Source: Podarcis cretensis
Lineage: Eukaryota
Reading direction: 5' to 3'
DNA length: 64,000 bases
Assembly: GCA_951804945.1 (NCBI GenBank)
Contig: OX638149.1
Location: 23,002,001-23,066,000 of the forward strand
Shown here: positions 50,791 through 63,516 of the stretch, in pieces
Layout: each line of letters begins with the position of its first letter
How positions within the stretch are numbered: position 1 is the stretch's first letter
Position numbers and translations under genes: made by a program
The notes under the pieces: generated by a model
Database searches by the model: none
The model's input: only the letters and a program-made list of their open reading frames with translations
Told to the model about the DNA's origin: nothing

Positions 50791-53700
50791 CTTTTGAGGA
50801 AGGGATGCACAATTACCTCCATTTGAGGAGATGGTTTCTCCTCCTCCAATAAAGCATCAAACACTTCCTGGACCCATCCAGTCAAACCTCTATGGTTAAG
50901 ATGAGCAGAGAGCCAAGGAGCCAATTATGACATTTGCCATGTACTTCAGACTTGGCCATGTACTTCAGACTTCCTTTGTCTGCCTTCACTGTTGCAAGGT
51001 TTTGTATATAGCCAGTAGTGTACGTCTATCAATGGTAGCAATTTTTCTGTGACGGATGATTGCTGGAGCCTTCATGGCTGAAACCTGGGAGCTACCAGCT
51101 CTTACATTTCTTTGCTTCCATTAATGCAAATGTGAGGGTGACAATCTTTTGTTCAGAATACCTTGTCCACCGGGATAAATTCTTGCTCTGAGAGAACTGG
51201 ACCACCCTGATAGAATTGCTAACTGTCTTTGAAAGTCACAGTGCTGTGAGATGGGGCTTTAGTCAAGGCTCCTTTCTGACTTCTATTTGGGAGCCGTTCA
51301 GATGTGATTTAATATAGTTACATTAATTGGGTTTAAAGACGTCAAAGGTCCTAAACTTTAGAGGAGTGTGGTTTTGTAATCCAATCTTTTAGAAATGGGA
51401 AGAAGAATGGCTACTAGAGAGGGTTGCTAGATTAATGAAGATAGCATTTTGTGTTAATGGAATTGCCTCAGGCGGATGAACAGAGGCCAACAGTGAAATA
51501 AGGCACTTGGCTGTTTTGGCTGCTTACAGTTTGGAGGCTCATATTTTGAGCTATGCAAATAGGTGCTTTGACATAAGTGCTATCTCAAACCATCAGATTA
51601 TTCACCTTCTGCATATTCATTGCTCAGTGATTTTCTAAAACCATGGAATTTTAGATTTAGCAAGATAGCACCCTCAAAATTTTGCCGTGACGCCCAATTA
51701 ACTACACTAAAAGATTTTCCAAGTCGATGAATTCAGGGTGATCAAATGTAACTTGTTTAGTCCTACTTTGCAGATTTTGTGGAGTCCCGCTTTTATTCTG
51801 TGTGTCTTTCCAAGGGGTCTGTACAGTACATCTTTCAGAAAGCTGTGTGAGTGATTTTCAGTTGAAGTTTCATAGTCCTTGGTTGGACCTTCATCCTTTT
51901 TTGGATGATGCAGTGAGTTTTATTATAATTCTGACTTCAGTGACACCTATAAACATGATGGAGAAGCCCACTTGGACTTACTTTGTTCTGAGAAGGAAGA
52001 TAGTGGGAGAAAATGACAGCTGCTCTACATGGGCTTAAGAGAAATACTGTCAGGCTTAAGAGCAATACTATATATAAAGAGGATTTTAGTCAAACTACCA
52101 TGGCTTTCTTGCTCCTTTTTTTTTTTTTTGTAAAGAAAGAGCTTCGAGTGAAGGTCACTCCTTTCCCCCTCCTTTGTACCCACTGGGAAACTGAACAAAC
52201 CTGGTGTACCTGGAACTGAGTATGAAGAGTGCAAGCTGAATGGGACACAGCTGTGAGTAGCCTGAGGAAGTACCATCCACCTTGGGCCTGCCCATAAAAA
52301 ACAGGTTTAGGGTGAGAGACCAGGATGATACCTGCTGTTTCCAGGAACTCTTCTCATTGTGTGACTTTTGTGGGTGAGCTGAGTTTGTTTGGGCCCTGGG
52401 TCAGAACCTAGAGTCTGAGAGGGAGGGTGTGTCAGAAGGAAAATGAATTGATATCATTTTATATATATTAGTAACTTTATATTATTGTAGCATTTTTATA
52501 TGCAACTGTATTTTTTGTAACATTTTGTTTTAAGCTTTCTGTTGTGGCTTCAGTTTCCTTAGAGTTTTTAAAATCGATCAAGTGGTATAGAAATCAATCA
52601 ATGACTGAACAAAATGTCAAAAGTTTACAGTTATTCAGTAAATGAGTTGCAAGAGGCTGAATGACCATCTAGCCTAGCTCCTAAATTGCTCCCTAATGTG
52701 CAGCCACTGTGTGCTGCAAGCAGAGAGAGATGGATTCCCCCCCTCGAGAAAATAGCTCCAGATTACTCAAAAGTGAGCTCAGCCAAACATAAGCTTCATC
52801 AGTCTAAGGACAGGTTACCAGTGTCATGCACCTTGAATTATCGTTGAATGGACGCCAGTTACTTTGTTAGTAATTTTTCAGTGAAATCCTGTGCCCCTGT
52901 TATTGGTACCTCAGTTTTGTAAATCCTAGAAAGTGCTGGTGACGGGGAATGGGGAACATGTGTGTTTGTGTCCAGCTGTTGTTAGACTCCACCACTTGTT
53001 GGAGCTGATGGGAGATGGAATCCAACAACAAATGGCGAGCCAAAGGTTCCCTGATATTATTATTCCATATTATGGAGTGACCTTAATATGGAAGATGCTG
53101 ATGGATTACCCTTTTCTAGGCTTAACTCTTCTTCTTTAGAATAGAATAATTGTGTGGAAAACATGCATTATAGAACTGATGTTGAAGCTGTTCGTCCCTT
53201 GAGAATAAGCAGCAGTCATGGATACAGAGCAGGCTTTAAGCAGTCTTGATAAAAGGTTAATATAGAAACTTTTCCCAATCTGGGGGGAATCAAGCAAGAG
53301 AGTGTTTGAAGACTGATGCCTCTTGATCTGTGTGGCTTGTAGAGATTGATCTCTTACAGCTGGGCCAATAACCTGTAGCTGTGCAACAGAAATAGCAAAC
53401 ATAACAATAGAAAACTTGCTGTCTAATTAATTGATGAGATGAGGTAAGTTGAGTCAACCATGGGGGAATGCAGGGGGAGGAAAAGGCGGCTGCTTGGTCG
53501 TGGAATGTGCCCATCTGATTTCTGCTTAATTGGAGTCACTTGCAGGAAGCAGCATGGCAGCTGTAAGCTGTGAATATACTTAGCCAGCTGCAGTGATGAT
53601 TTGATTGAAGGGTAAAGGTTTTTAATACATTGCATAAACCAGCCTCTCTTGCATAATGGAGATTCAACAGTTTGCCTAAGTTAATCAACTTTAGACATGG

Positions 53701-55239
53701 ATAATTTGTGGCTGTTTCTGGCCTTTATGAAAATAAGACAGTAACAGGTTACTAAAACTGTGTTCTGTTCATATAGACACTTGAAGTTGCTTTATGCTGT
53801 TGAGTATAAAACTATATACTGATTTGTAGAGGCCCTTGAAGGTCTCACAGTATTTCCCAACACTTTAAACCAAGATCCCTTTGGTGAAGAAGTGGTTGGT
53901 GGGTTCAAATGGTAGGAGGCATGAGTGGTTGTGGTCAGTACACCCCCACCCCTTGGCACTGTGGAGATATTTCCTATTCACGCCCTTGCAAATAGCAGTT
54001 TCTGGGGGTCCAATCCAAACTTTGGAGCCTTGCATCATAGCAGAAGGCCTTTGACCCTTCCCTGCTTTGGTCCCTGTCTGGTTTGGACCTCTCACAATTT
54101 GCAGTACCAAGAAAAAAGAAATCTGTTTGTTTTAATGTTGTTGGTTTTTTTGTTTTGCAATACAATTTGCAGGTGCAGGGTCCCCAGTCAGGACCACAAC
54201 ATTAAAGCCCCCTACCCTACAGTCCTGATTTAAGTCTGAGCCATATTCTAGGTTGGGATCTGAGTTCCTTAAATACCACCTTTCTCTCTACATATTCCAG
54301 AAATCATCTTAGGCTTTGCTGTAGATAACTACGACCTTGTGAGGCATGGCGAATGAGAACCAGGGCAAAAACTAAACGGCAACCCTGTTTGAATTGCAAA
54401 CCTCCTTTGTTTGAAGAAAAAAATGCATACAGTACAGTTATGCCCAAATTATGTCCAAAAGAACATTGTGTCCAAAAGCTTATTGAAATGATTGCCTTGA
54501 TCTAGGGCTGTAATGCTCCATTTTGTATGTTTATCTCTGTTTTTAATGGGCAGTGCATAAAGTTCTTGTTCATATTGCATTGCCACTCCTTACTCTTTGG
54601 ACAGTCCCTTGCTAACGAGATTATGCCAGAACCCTTGTCCATCTCTCTTCATTGTTTTGCCTCTTCCTCAGATAATATGATTTCTCAGACCTTCATTACT
54701 TTGTCCTGGCTTTATCGATGTACCCAATTTTCACAATTTATTTTGGAAGGGTGCTGGGATTGGGACAAAGATTTTTTATTTTTAAGATTGACTTAATGAG
54801 GACTGAACTATATCATAAAAGTTTACCAGGAGTCAGGTTTCGCAACTTTGATGAGTAAGTGTGAAATTGAAAGCTTGGTGGAAGCAGAGGATACAGTTCA
54901 GCAGTAAAACACCATTTGGAGCATGTGCTTTATATAAAGGCCAAGATTTAAATTCCAGTTCAGTGATCCAGCATAGCAGTACTGGGAAAGATCTTTGCCC
55001 ATGATTGGAGTGTTGATAGCAGCAGAAGTGGCTCAGGCTGGGTAATATGGAATCTTGGTTTCTTCACTAAAAAGTCTAGCAAAACATTTTTTAAGACCCA
55101 TAGTTTTAAAAATCTGGCATCTTCCATAAATATCTGAGAACCAATAATATAGATATGGAGCTGACAATATTTATTACAGCTTTCAGAAACTGCAAAGCAA
55201 CAGTGACTATGTATAACCATGTATTTGTGGTTCTGTATC

Positions 55240-55549
55240 CAGAGCCTAGGGCTTGCCGATTAGAAGGTTGGTGGTTCGAATCCCTGCGATGGGATGAGCT
55301 CCTGTTGCTCGGTCCCTGCTCCTGCCAACCTAGCAGTTCAAAAGCATGTAAAAGTGCAAATAGATAAATAGGCAGGAAGGCAAACGGCGTTTCCGTGCAC
55401 TGCTGTGGTTCGCCAGAAGTGGCTTAGTCATGCTGGCCACATAACCCGGAAGCTGTATGCCTGCTTCCTCAGCCAATAAAGTGAGATGAGCACCGCAACC
55501 CCAGAGTAGTCCTTGACTGGACCTAATGGTCAGGGGTCCCTTTACATTT
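55240..55549 (+). mobile_element. Sauria SINE
   Basis: GGCTTGCCGAT..GGTTCGAATCCC (B box)..CCTGCCAACCTAGCAGTTC..GGGGTCCCTTTAC. Confidence 0.92.
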
Positions 55550-55556
55550 TATCTAC

Positions 55557-55932
55557 AAGGTAAAAGGTAAAAGACCCCTGGGCAGTTAAGTCCAGTCAAA
55601 GATGACTATGGGGTTGCGGCACTCATCTCACTTTCAGGCCAAGGGAGCTGGCGTTTGTCCACAGACAGCTTTCTGGGTCATGTGGCCAGCATGACTAAAC
55701 CGCTTCTGGTGCAATGGAACACCGTGACAGAAACCAGAGCGCATGGAAACACTGTTTACCTTCCTGCCACAGTGGTACCTATTTATCTACTTGGACTGCT
55801 GTGCTTTCGAACTGCTAGGTTGGCAGGAGCAAGAGCCAGGGACAGAGCAACGGGAGCTCACCCCATTGCAGGGATTCGAACCGCCAACCATCTGATTGGC
55901 AAGCCCAAGAGACTCAGTGGTTTAACCCACAG
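55557..55932 (-). mobile_element. Sauria SINE of a different subfamily, tail-to-tail with the previous copy
   Basis: AAGGTAAAAGGTAAA tail, CTTTCGAACTGCTAGGTTGGCAGG core, GGATTCGAACC B box. Confidence 0.92.
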
Positions 55933-56297
55933 TTTAACCCACAGTTTTGAACTGTAGTTTGTTGTTGGCTTCTGTAACCTGGCTTGCGTTAACCATGATT
56001 CGTCAACAAATCTGAAGCCAGGGTCCTAGTTTAGTCCTGGTTAGTTTCAGTGCCCTGCTGTAGATGGCTCACTAAGCAAGAGGCATAAGACAAGAGCAAC
56101 TAGAAATATTTGTTTATTTAGGTATTTAATTTTTGAAACACTTCCCATGAAACATCCGAAAGTGATTAAAAATTGAAACACACACTCAATTCTGATATAA
56201 GTACTCCCTAGGTTAAGCAACTTTATCTGGCACTTTTCCAGAAGTAGCTGTTCCTTGCATCAGGCTCCTTTCTCAAGCCAACCTGCATGGTTTTGAT

Positions 56298-56435
56298 CAG
56301 GCTTCCTCAACCTCGGCCCTCCAGATGTTTTTTTGGCCTACAACTCCCATGATCCCAAGCTAGCAGGACCAGTGGTCAGGGATGCTGGGAATTGTAGTCT
56401 CAAAACATCTGGAGGGCCGAGGTTGAGGAAGCCTG
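56298..56435. mobile_element. hAT-type palindromic MITE
   Basis: TIR CAGGCTTCCTCAACCTCGGCCCTCCAGATGTTTT and its reverse complement, perfect 8-bp TSD GTTTTGAT. Confidence 0.92.
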
Positions 56436-57627
56436 GTTTTGATGATTCTTTGTGAGGAGAGGGAAACTCAAAGGGGCGTCTGCCTAATTTATTGACATAT
56501 ATCCAGGGCTGTTTTGTTGAGGGCACAACTTAACTCTTAGGCTAGCATGATTGTTTCACCTGTGGAGTATAAAACAATTCTGAAATGAATTCAAAGAATA
56601 CTGATGATTTCTTTTGCTGTACTTTAGGGTTTGCCCCCCCCCCACTGATAAGAAACCCATACCTATGACTTTAAAGTACTTAACATCTGATAATCTGGAT
56701 GGACTTTGGGGTCTAGTTTGATAAAACCTGCCTTAAAGGTACTGATCACTGATGGGTAATGGGTGAATTTTGGATTGGCCTGTAAAGGGTGTGTGAGCAT
56801 CTGCTGGAAAAGTATGATGATATCCCTTTGTTCATCATTTCAGTTAGCAGGTGAACTTTAAAGAAAACCCAGCAGGGATGAAGACGGGAGCCCTGCTGAG
56901 ATAAATTATTTTATTCTACTGGGTGGTAGGAAAGGGTTAACATATCCTCATATTTGGAAGTGTCTGAGATGGAAAGGAGGACTGTCTGCTTTGGGGCATG
57001 TCAGATGGGAAGTGACTGAGGAAGTGAAGGGGAAACAAACCACAGTTTCTTTGGTCATCTGCAGTACTCATCCTGGCTTGTTCAACAAAACATGGTGTTA
57101 AAACCCCACCTCAAATTCGCTTAGTGTTACTTATGAGCACAATCAGTGTCTTGATCTAGGATAAAGTTAGTGTTTCCCACAATGAAAGAAACTCGTTTTG
57201 TGTATTTTGTGACAGTAGCTGCTCTGTTGTCTGGCTGAATAGTCAGTGTGCCTTTCACAATTATTCTCCGGTCCCAGTAGCAGATTTCTACGTACCATCC
57301 TGAGTATATTGTTCTCTGCTCACTTTTCATTAGTATGCTTCAAGTTAATAGGAGAGGGTTAGGTTAGACAGTGTATGAATGACTGTTAAAAGCTCCTATT
57401 TATTAGTTTAGCAAACCAAAGGCATGCTGTGGAAACAATCCAGTTCAATGATCCACATTCATTTTGAAGGGAAAGGGGATGCTGCTGGGAACAATAATTG
57501 ACAAAGAAGGTTAAGTTTCTCTAACTGCAATTGTGATGTGATGCAAGAAAGGTCCCCTGCCTCGTCCCCAGTAGGAAAAGAGATCAGCCTAGTTTGTCAT
57601 CTGTAGTGAATCCTATGTTCTAGCAGC

Positions 57628-57960
57628 TTGTTGTTGTTTAGTCGTTTAGTCGTGTCCGACTCTTCGTGACCCCATGGACCAGAGCATGCCAGGCACTCCT
57701 GTCTTTCACTGCCTCCTGCAGTTTGGTCAAACTCATGCTGGTAGCTTCGAGAACACTGTCCAACCATCTCGTCCTCTATCGTCCCCTTCTCCTTGTGCCC
57801 TCCATCTTTCCCAACATCAGGGTCTTTTCCGGGGAGTCTTCTCACGAGGTGGCCAAAGTATTGGAGCCTCAGCTTCACGATCTGTCCTTCCAGTGAGCAG
57901 TCAGGGCTCATTTCCTTCAGAATGGGTAGGTTTGATCATCTTGCAGTCCATGGGACTCTC
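57628..57960 (-). mobile_element. Bov-B (RTE) LINE 3' fragment
   Basis: Near-identical to 22057-22390 and retains the (CAA)n tail. Approximate TSD TAGCAGCT / TAGCAAACT. Confidence 0.92.
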
Positions 57961-58592
57961 TAGCAAACTCCAAATGACCACACTTGCTGGATTCATATAG
58001 ATGTTCACAGCACTGAGGACAAGAGTGTACCCTGTGGTGCACCGTGGGGACAAAGCATGGCATCCCCAGTGCTACTGTCTGGACATGGCCCCATGGAGAG
58101 GAGGAGTAGAACCACTGTAGAAGAGTGCCCCAATACACACAGGTCATCCATCAGGGTGATATGGGCTGAGTCAGTCTCAAAACTGCACCTGAACCCGGAC
58201 TGAAATAGATCTACACAATCAGTATCCTCCAGGAACTATTCAATCTGCATTTGTAATTGTGTGCCAGTTGTTTTAATCCATAGGATCCACAGGATGCCAG
58301 CACCAATTAAATACTTACTCATTTGCCAAGCGGGGGCATGTTTAGCTGGTGGCCCAGGAAGCCTGAGCCCCAGGCCTTTTGTGCTGGTCCCCAGATTCCC
58401 TGTCCCTTCCCCCTTAAAAAAGAAAAGAAAAACTTTTTAATTTATTTATTTTTTACTTTGCTTTCATAGCAGCTGTTCACACTGCAAAGCACAGTAGTAG
58501 CGAGATACACTCCTCTCCCCCTTAATTCATTCAGTGGGAAATTAAGGTCTGACAGTGAGACTGTAAGCCTCAACACCAAGCCCCAGTTAACT

Positions 58593-58752
58593 ATAGAATC
58601 ATATAATTGTAGAGTTGGAAGGGACACCAGGGGTCATCTAGTCCAACCCCCGGCAATGCAGGAATCTCAGCAAAAGCATCCATGGCAGATGGCAATCCAA
58701 CCCCTGCTTAAAAACCTCCAATAAAGGAGGGTCCACAACCTTCCGAGGGAGG
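58593..58752 (-). mobile_element. CR1 LINE 3' end
   Basis: Reverse complement of the CR1 end at 31285 (TAGAATCAT..GTAGAGTTGGAAGGGAC..GCAATGCAGGAA..CTGCTTAAAAACCTCC). Confidence 0.85.
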
Positions 58753-59887
58753 TTTTTCCTCTGAAAATTGATTTAAATTGCATATTTACATATAAATTAG
58801 TATAGGCCTATTTTATAAATATTTGTGTTCTCAGGCTCTGTCCCAAGTCTTTAAGAAACCTACCAACACCACTGTTGCCTATAGTGTTTTAGGGTAGTAC
58901 ATAGTTGTTTGTAACCTTTATGGTTTAAGCTGTTCAAGCTGTTCCTATGGGTTTTTCTATTTTTTTGTGAGTTCATGTATTTTGTAACAGATCCTGGGAT
59001 GCACCGAGATAAAGGAATTGGGCTATAAATGACTTTAATAAAAATTAAAATAAACAAGCAGGTTAGCCTTTATGATATGTTATGATAAGACTCTTTGTTG
59101 GTTTTATCACCATGGGCAGTAAGAGGCTTCATTATAAAGATGAAAGGTTCAAAACTGAAGAAACATTTGGCAGGTTGAGTAAAGCCATAAGGAAGCTGTA
59201 GGATTTGGGTCGGTGTTTTGTAATAACGAGGGCAGAGGATAAACACCTGGGGGAAATCTTTAGTTATAAAAATTCTGACATTGCAGAAAACTGTGAACTA
59301 AATGCTCTTTGAGGTTTCACTCAATTTTGCCATTCTATTCTGAGCAACTCTGTGCCAAATACACGCCGAATGCAGTGGCCCCGGGAGCATAATCTGAAGA
59401 CAAATGTGGAGCAACCTGACTGAAGCAGAGATCTGTGTCTGGCCAGCGCAGGGATGGAAAACCAGTGCCTTATTATTATGCCATGATAAACAATGCTTAA
59501 AGTTACAAGAGTGTGCTGTGGCAAACCTTGAGCTCATGTTCTCTCTGTTTCCCGCCTTCCTCAGTGCAACTGTGAAGTGTCTGGAAACTGTGATTTAGCA
59601 TTATATGTGGGTGCCATCCTTCTACGCGAGCTACCTTGAATTGGAGCTTGCTTCAGTTGATCCTCGTAACATTAAACCATGGCTTAGTATTACATGTGCT
59701 GGCAACCTATGTGTGCTACCTTGAATTCTATAGAAGAAAGGCAGAATACAAATAAAACTGCCTTGGGTAGTGATTTCTTCTTATTTTGGAGAGATTATTC
59801 TAGAGGTTTTATTCAACAGCCCTCTGGAATTATGAGTAACCAAATGGGTGAACATTTTAAAAGCAACTAATCTGCTTTTAAGTAGGG

Positions 59888-59889
<2 letters not shown>

Positions 59890-59933
<44 letters not shown>
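59890..59933. repeat. (TA)n microsatellite
   Basis: Read directly from the sequence. Confidence 0.98.
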
Positions 59934-59935
<2 letters not shown>

Positions 59936-60147
59936 CTTGTATCTCGGGAACGAACCATAAACAATGAACAGAGAGGTGTGTGGGCAGATTGGCTACTAAA
60001 TGGTTTTATAGGACAGTAATTATTGTGGGTTTATTTGCTTAGTTGTACTGATCCCAAACCTTCACCTGAAACTAAAGACATTTAACTTCCCAGACGCATA
60101 GCAGGACCCATTGCAGCAAATCTTTTTTCATGGAAAGATGCACGTCT

Positions 60148-60299
60148 GCCTGGATAGCTCAGTTAGTTAGAGCGTGGTGCTGATAATGCCAAGGTTGCAA
60201 GTTCAATCCCTGTATTGGACAGCTGTGTTGTCCTGTATTGCAGAGGGTTGGACAAGATGATGCTCAGGATCCCTTCCAACTCTACAATTCTATGATTCT
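60148..60299 (+). mobile_element. tRNA-Ile-derived SINE with CR1 tail
   Basis: Head GCCTGGATAGCTCAGTTAGTTAGAGCGTGGTGCTGATAATGCCAAGGTTGCAAGTTCAATCCCTGTA is colinear with vertebrate tRNA-Ile. Tail CCTGTATTGCAGAGGGTTGGAC..CCCTTCCAACTCTACAATTCTATGATTC. Confidence 0.8.
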
Positions 60300-63145
60300 T
60301 TGCATTTATAGGCAACAGGCTCAAGAGTCCAGTCTTGTGGCAGTGACAGAGCTGTATCATGCTTCAACTATTCCATCTTCCTCTAGTTTTCTATAGAATC
60401 TGTACCAGTTTGCTTACAGCAAACACTCCAGCTGGCTAGTTGTTTGTATCACTAGTGCTGTCAGCTTCTACACGAACATTGTTTAGGGAAAATATTGTTG
60501 TGTGTAGTGGCAATTTCAAGAGTTTCCGACAAACTTGCCATCTCCAGATCTAGCAAAGCACCTGTCTGATAGGTTGTGTTGTCTATGCATAGATTTCTAC
60601 TTTGATGTGTAGCATTGCTAAACTTTACAGTAGGCTAGTCGCAACCAGCTGGGCAGCAGCTTGAGTTGTTTCTTCTCAAGTTTGTCTCCATAGTTGAAGA
60701 TGCCCTTCGAACGTATTGCATCGGTGAAGTTACTGCACCTTTTGGGTCATTTGTTGTCAATAGGCCAGGGTTCTTCCTAAAGGCCCATTTTGTGAACTGC
60801 CCCTGAGATCTTTGGATGAAGGGCAGAATATAAATGTAATAAATACATAAAATAATAGTCACTGGCAAATACTGCGAACATCCAGAATTCCGTAGGAGAT
60901 CTGATGCTGGGCCAGTGCAGAAAACCTGTTGCATAGCTTTGTATGAATCTGGCTCAGGCTGTATAGTGGCCACTGAGAGGTCTTTTAGGCCTGCCAGGGT
61001 ACAGATCAGGCCTGGGTCCTTCTCTGATGGTGTACATGTCTGTTCACACCTTTGATCCCATCCACGGTCTGGAGGTCTCTGGGAAGTCTTAATTTGGCCC
61101 AGTGTGAGGTGACAGCTCAATAATTCCTGAAAAGGTCACACTTTGGCTCTCTCTAATTCTTCTCATTGATTTCCATACCAGAATTCTAGTAGAGTAGATT
61201 GTTCAGTGGAGTTCTCTTGAGTAGATTCTGCCAGCATTAATGACTTGATAGAACTTCAATGCATCAGAGCTAGTAGACCAATAACACTTGGTTATCTCTG
61301 TCAGAGCGCCATGTCCTATAGTGGGTGAGGCAAAGGAATTCCTAGCTCTGCAATGCCTAGATTCCTGCAACTTCCCATTGAGCAACTGGTATCATAGACA
61401 CTACAGATGTCACAGATATTCCACATGGTTAACTTCTAGGTGTATTTATCCTTCACCTAGTGAAGGTTGCATCAGCTGCTGCTGCCGCCTCTCTCTCCCT
61501 TTGTTCCAAGTTTTAAAAGGATGCCAAGCATATGCTCAGGTAGGAATTGTTTGGCACTATTGTGTACTTCACAATGGTCCTCCCAAGTAACCATAGTAAA
61601 AAGAGGTGGAGGGGGATGTGGACTTGGGTTGAACATCTGCAGTGACCCTTGAATTAAACAAGTTTCCCAGTGGCATAGAAAATACAAAGCTGCTTGCCTA
61701 ACAGGAATTGCTTACTCTAGTAGTTATGTGTGTTTGCTTGCTGCTCGTTCTGAAAGGCTTGAAATGTGAAAATCATCTTGCCTTTCTTGGGGCAGGGTAC
61801 ATGGAAGTGCTGTTGGTTCTATGTTGCCATTTGTTTGCATAATAACACTGATGTATGTGGTGCGTTTCCAATAATGTAGGAAAACAAACAAAAAGAGGCT
61901 CTTGCCCAAGGAACTTGCGTTTTCTAATTTAGACAACAAAGGGGATAACAAAATAAGGGAAGGGCAGTCTGTGAATATTTGTTCTCAAAACACTCAGGTG
62001 ACCACTAGTTATTCATTCCTTTATTCAGTCTTTGCTTAGAATATTTGTAAGACCTGAAGCTTGAAGCATGAAGAATTGGCCCAATAAAATAAATAATTGT
62101 GGTTAGGTTAGGAAATTAGGAGCAGTGCATAGGTTCTCATACTCATCCCCCTCCACACATTAATTCCTCCTCCTCCTTCATTTTTTTTTTAATGAGCTAC
62201 CAATTGTAAAGCCATGCTATTTTTGCTAGCTATGGTTCAGCTCCATATCCTAGCTTGCAGCCATGGTTATAAGTGGACTTGCCAACTTTGCTTTTAGTTA
62301 ACAATGGCGGAAATGCTGTAACAAAAACATTATGCTAACTGAGCTTGGCTCAGAAAATGAAATGTATAGGGGAATCCGCAAAGGTAAGGAGGGAAAACCC
62401 TGCAAGCCTGAGAAGAGAAGGGGTAGGAGTCTACCAGTTTTGGTGCATTGAAGTTCCACCAAGTTATCAGGGCTGGCCGAATCTGCTCAAGAGAACTCCA
62501 TTGAATAATTTCATGAGATGCTCCCAGCCTGCAAGTAGTGGCTATGAGATTGGGCAGTAGTGTATCACCAGCAATCTTCTACGTTTGCAGGGCCAATATG
62601 ACTGCAGAGATCTTGACTGTTTAGATAACCTCTTTGTGTATTGGAGCCCTGATTTGGGTGTACCACTGACTGCTGTTCCAGTAACCCCAGGCTGTGGTCG
62701 TGGTTCACTGTAAATAGCCTGCCAAAGTGCTGAGGCAGCAGGGCCATAGTGCACTGTGCAGGTGCAACTTCCACAATCTGAGCTGCTTAGTTCATACAAT
62801 GTCTCGGTCACCACCTCAAATATCTTATCGGACAGTAAATAAGATCAATGACATTTGTACAGGGTGTTACCTTTATGCATTGCACTTTGTCCTCTTTCTC
62901 ATAAAAAAAATGCACCATGTGCAAAAAGCTTGTTACTTCCTTGTTGCTTTTTTGCAATGTGCGGGAAAGGCTTCCTTTTTTTATTTTGCAAAGCCAGGAG
63001 TGAAATAATTTGTGTGTGTTTCAGTGCCAGTTACTGCTGTGGCTGTGGCGGAATAATAAAAGGCAGGTCAAAGGATGGGTGGTGTTGGTGGTAGTGAAGG
63101 GAAATGTACAGCATTTCTCCACTGAAAATGGTACCAGAGTGGATA

Positions 63146-63516
63146 AAGGTAAAGGTAAAGGTACCCCTGCCCGTACGGGCCAGTCTTGACAGACTCTGGG
63201 GTTGTGCACCCATCTCACTTAAGAGGCCAGGGGCCAGCGCTGTCCGGAGACACTTCCGGGTCACGTGGCCAGCGTGACATCGCTGCTCTGGCCAGAGCCA
63301 GAGCCAGAGCCGCACACGGAAACGCCATTTACCTTCCCGCTGGTAAGCGGTCCCTATTTATCTACTTGCACCCGGAGGTGCTTTCGAACTGCTAGGTTGG
63401 CAGGCGCTGGGACCGAGCAGCGGGAGCGCACCCCGCCGCAGGGATTCGAACCGCCGACCTTACGATCGGCAAGCCCTAGGCGCTGAGGCTTTAACCCACA
63501 GCGCCACCTGCGTCCC
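63146..63516 (-). mobile_element. Full-length young Sauria SINE
   Basis: Starts GGGACGCAGGTGGCGCTGTGG on the minus strand, intact B box, (ACCTTT)3 tail, CpGs retained, perfect 13-bp TSD ACCAGAGTGGATA (63133-63145, 63517-63529). Confidence 0.96.

Noticed and set aside
60148-60221. Apparent tRNA-Ile(GAT) gene, and similar Lys/Asn-like sequences elsewhere
   Set aside because: Stems and B box are mutated, there is no oligo-T terminator directly after the head, and each is fused to a CR1 tail. These are SINE heads, not tRNA genes.
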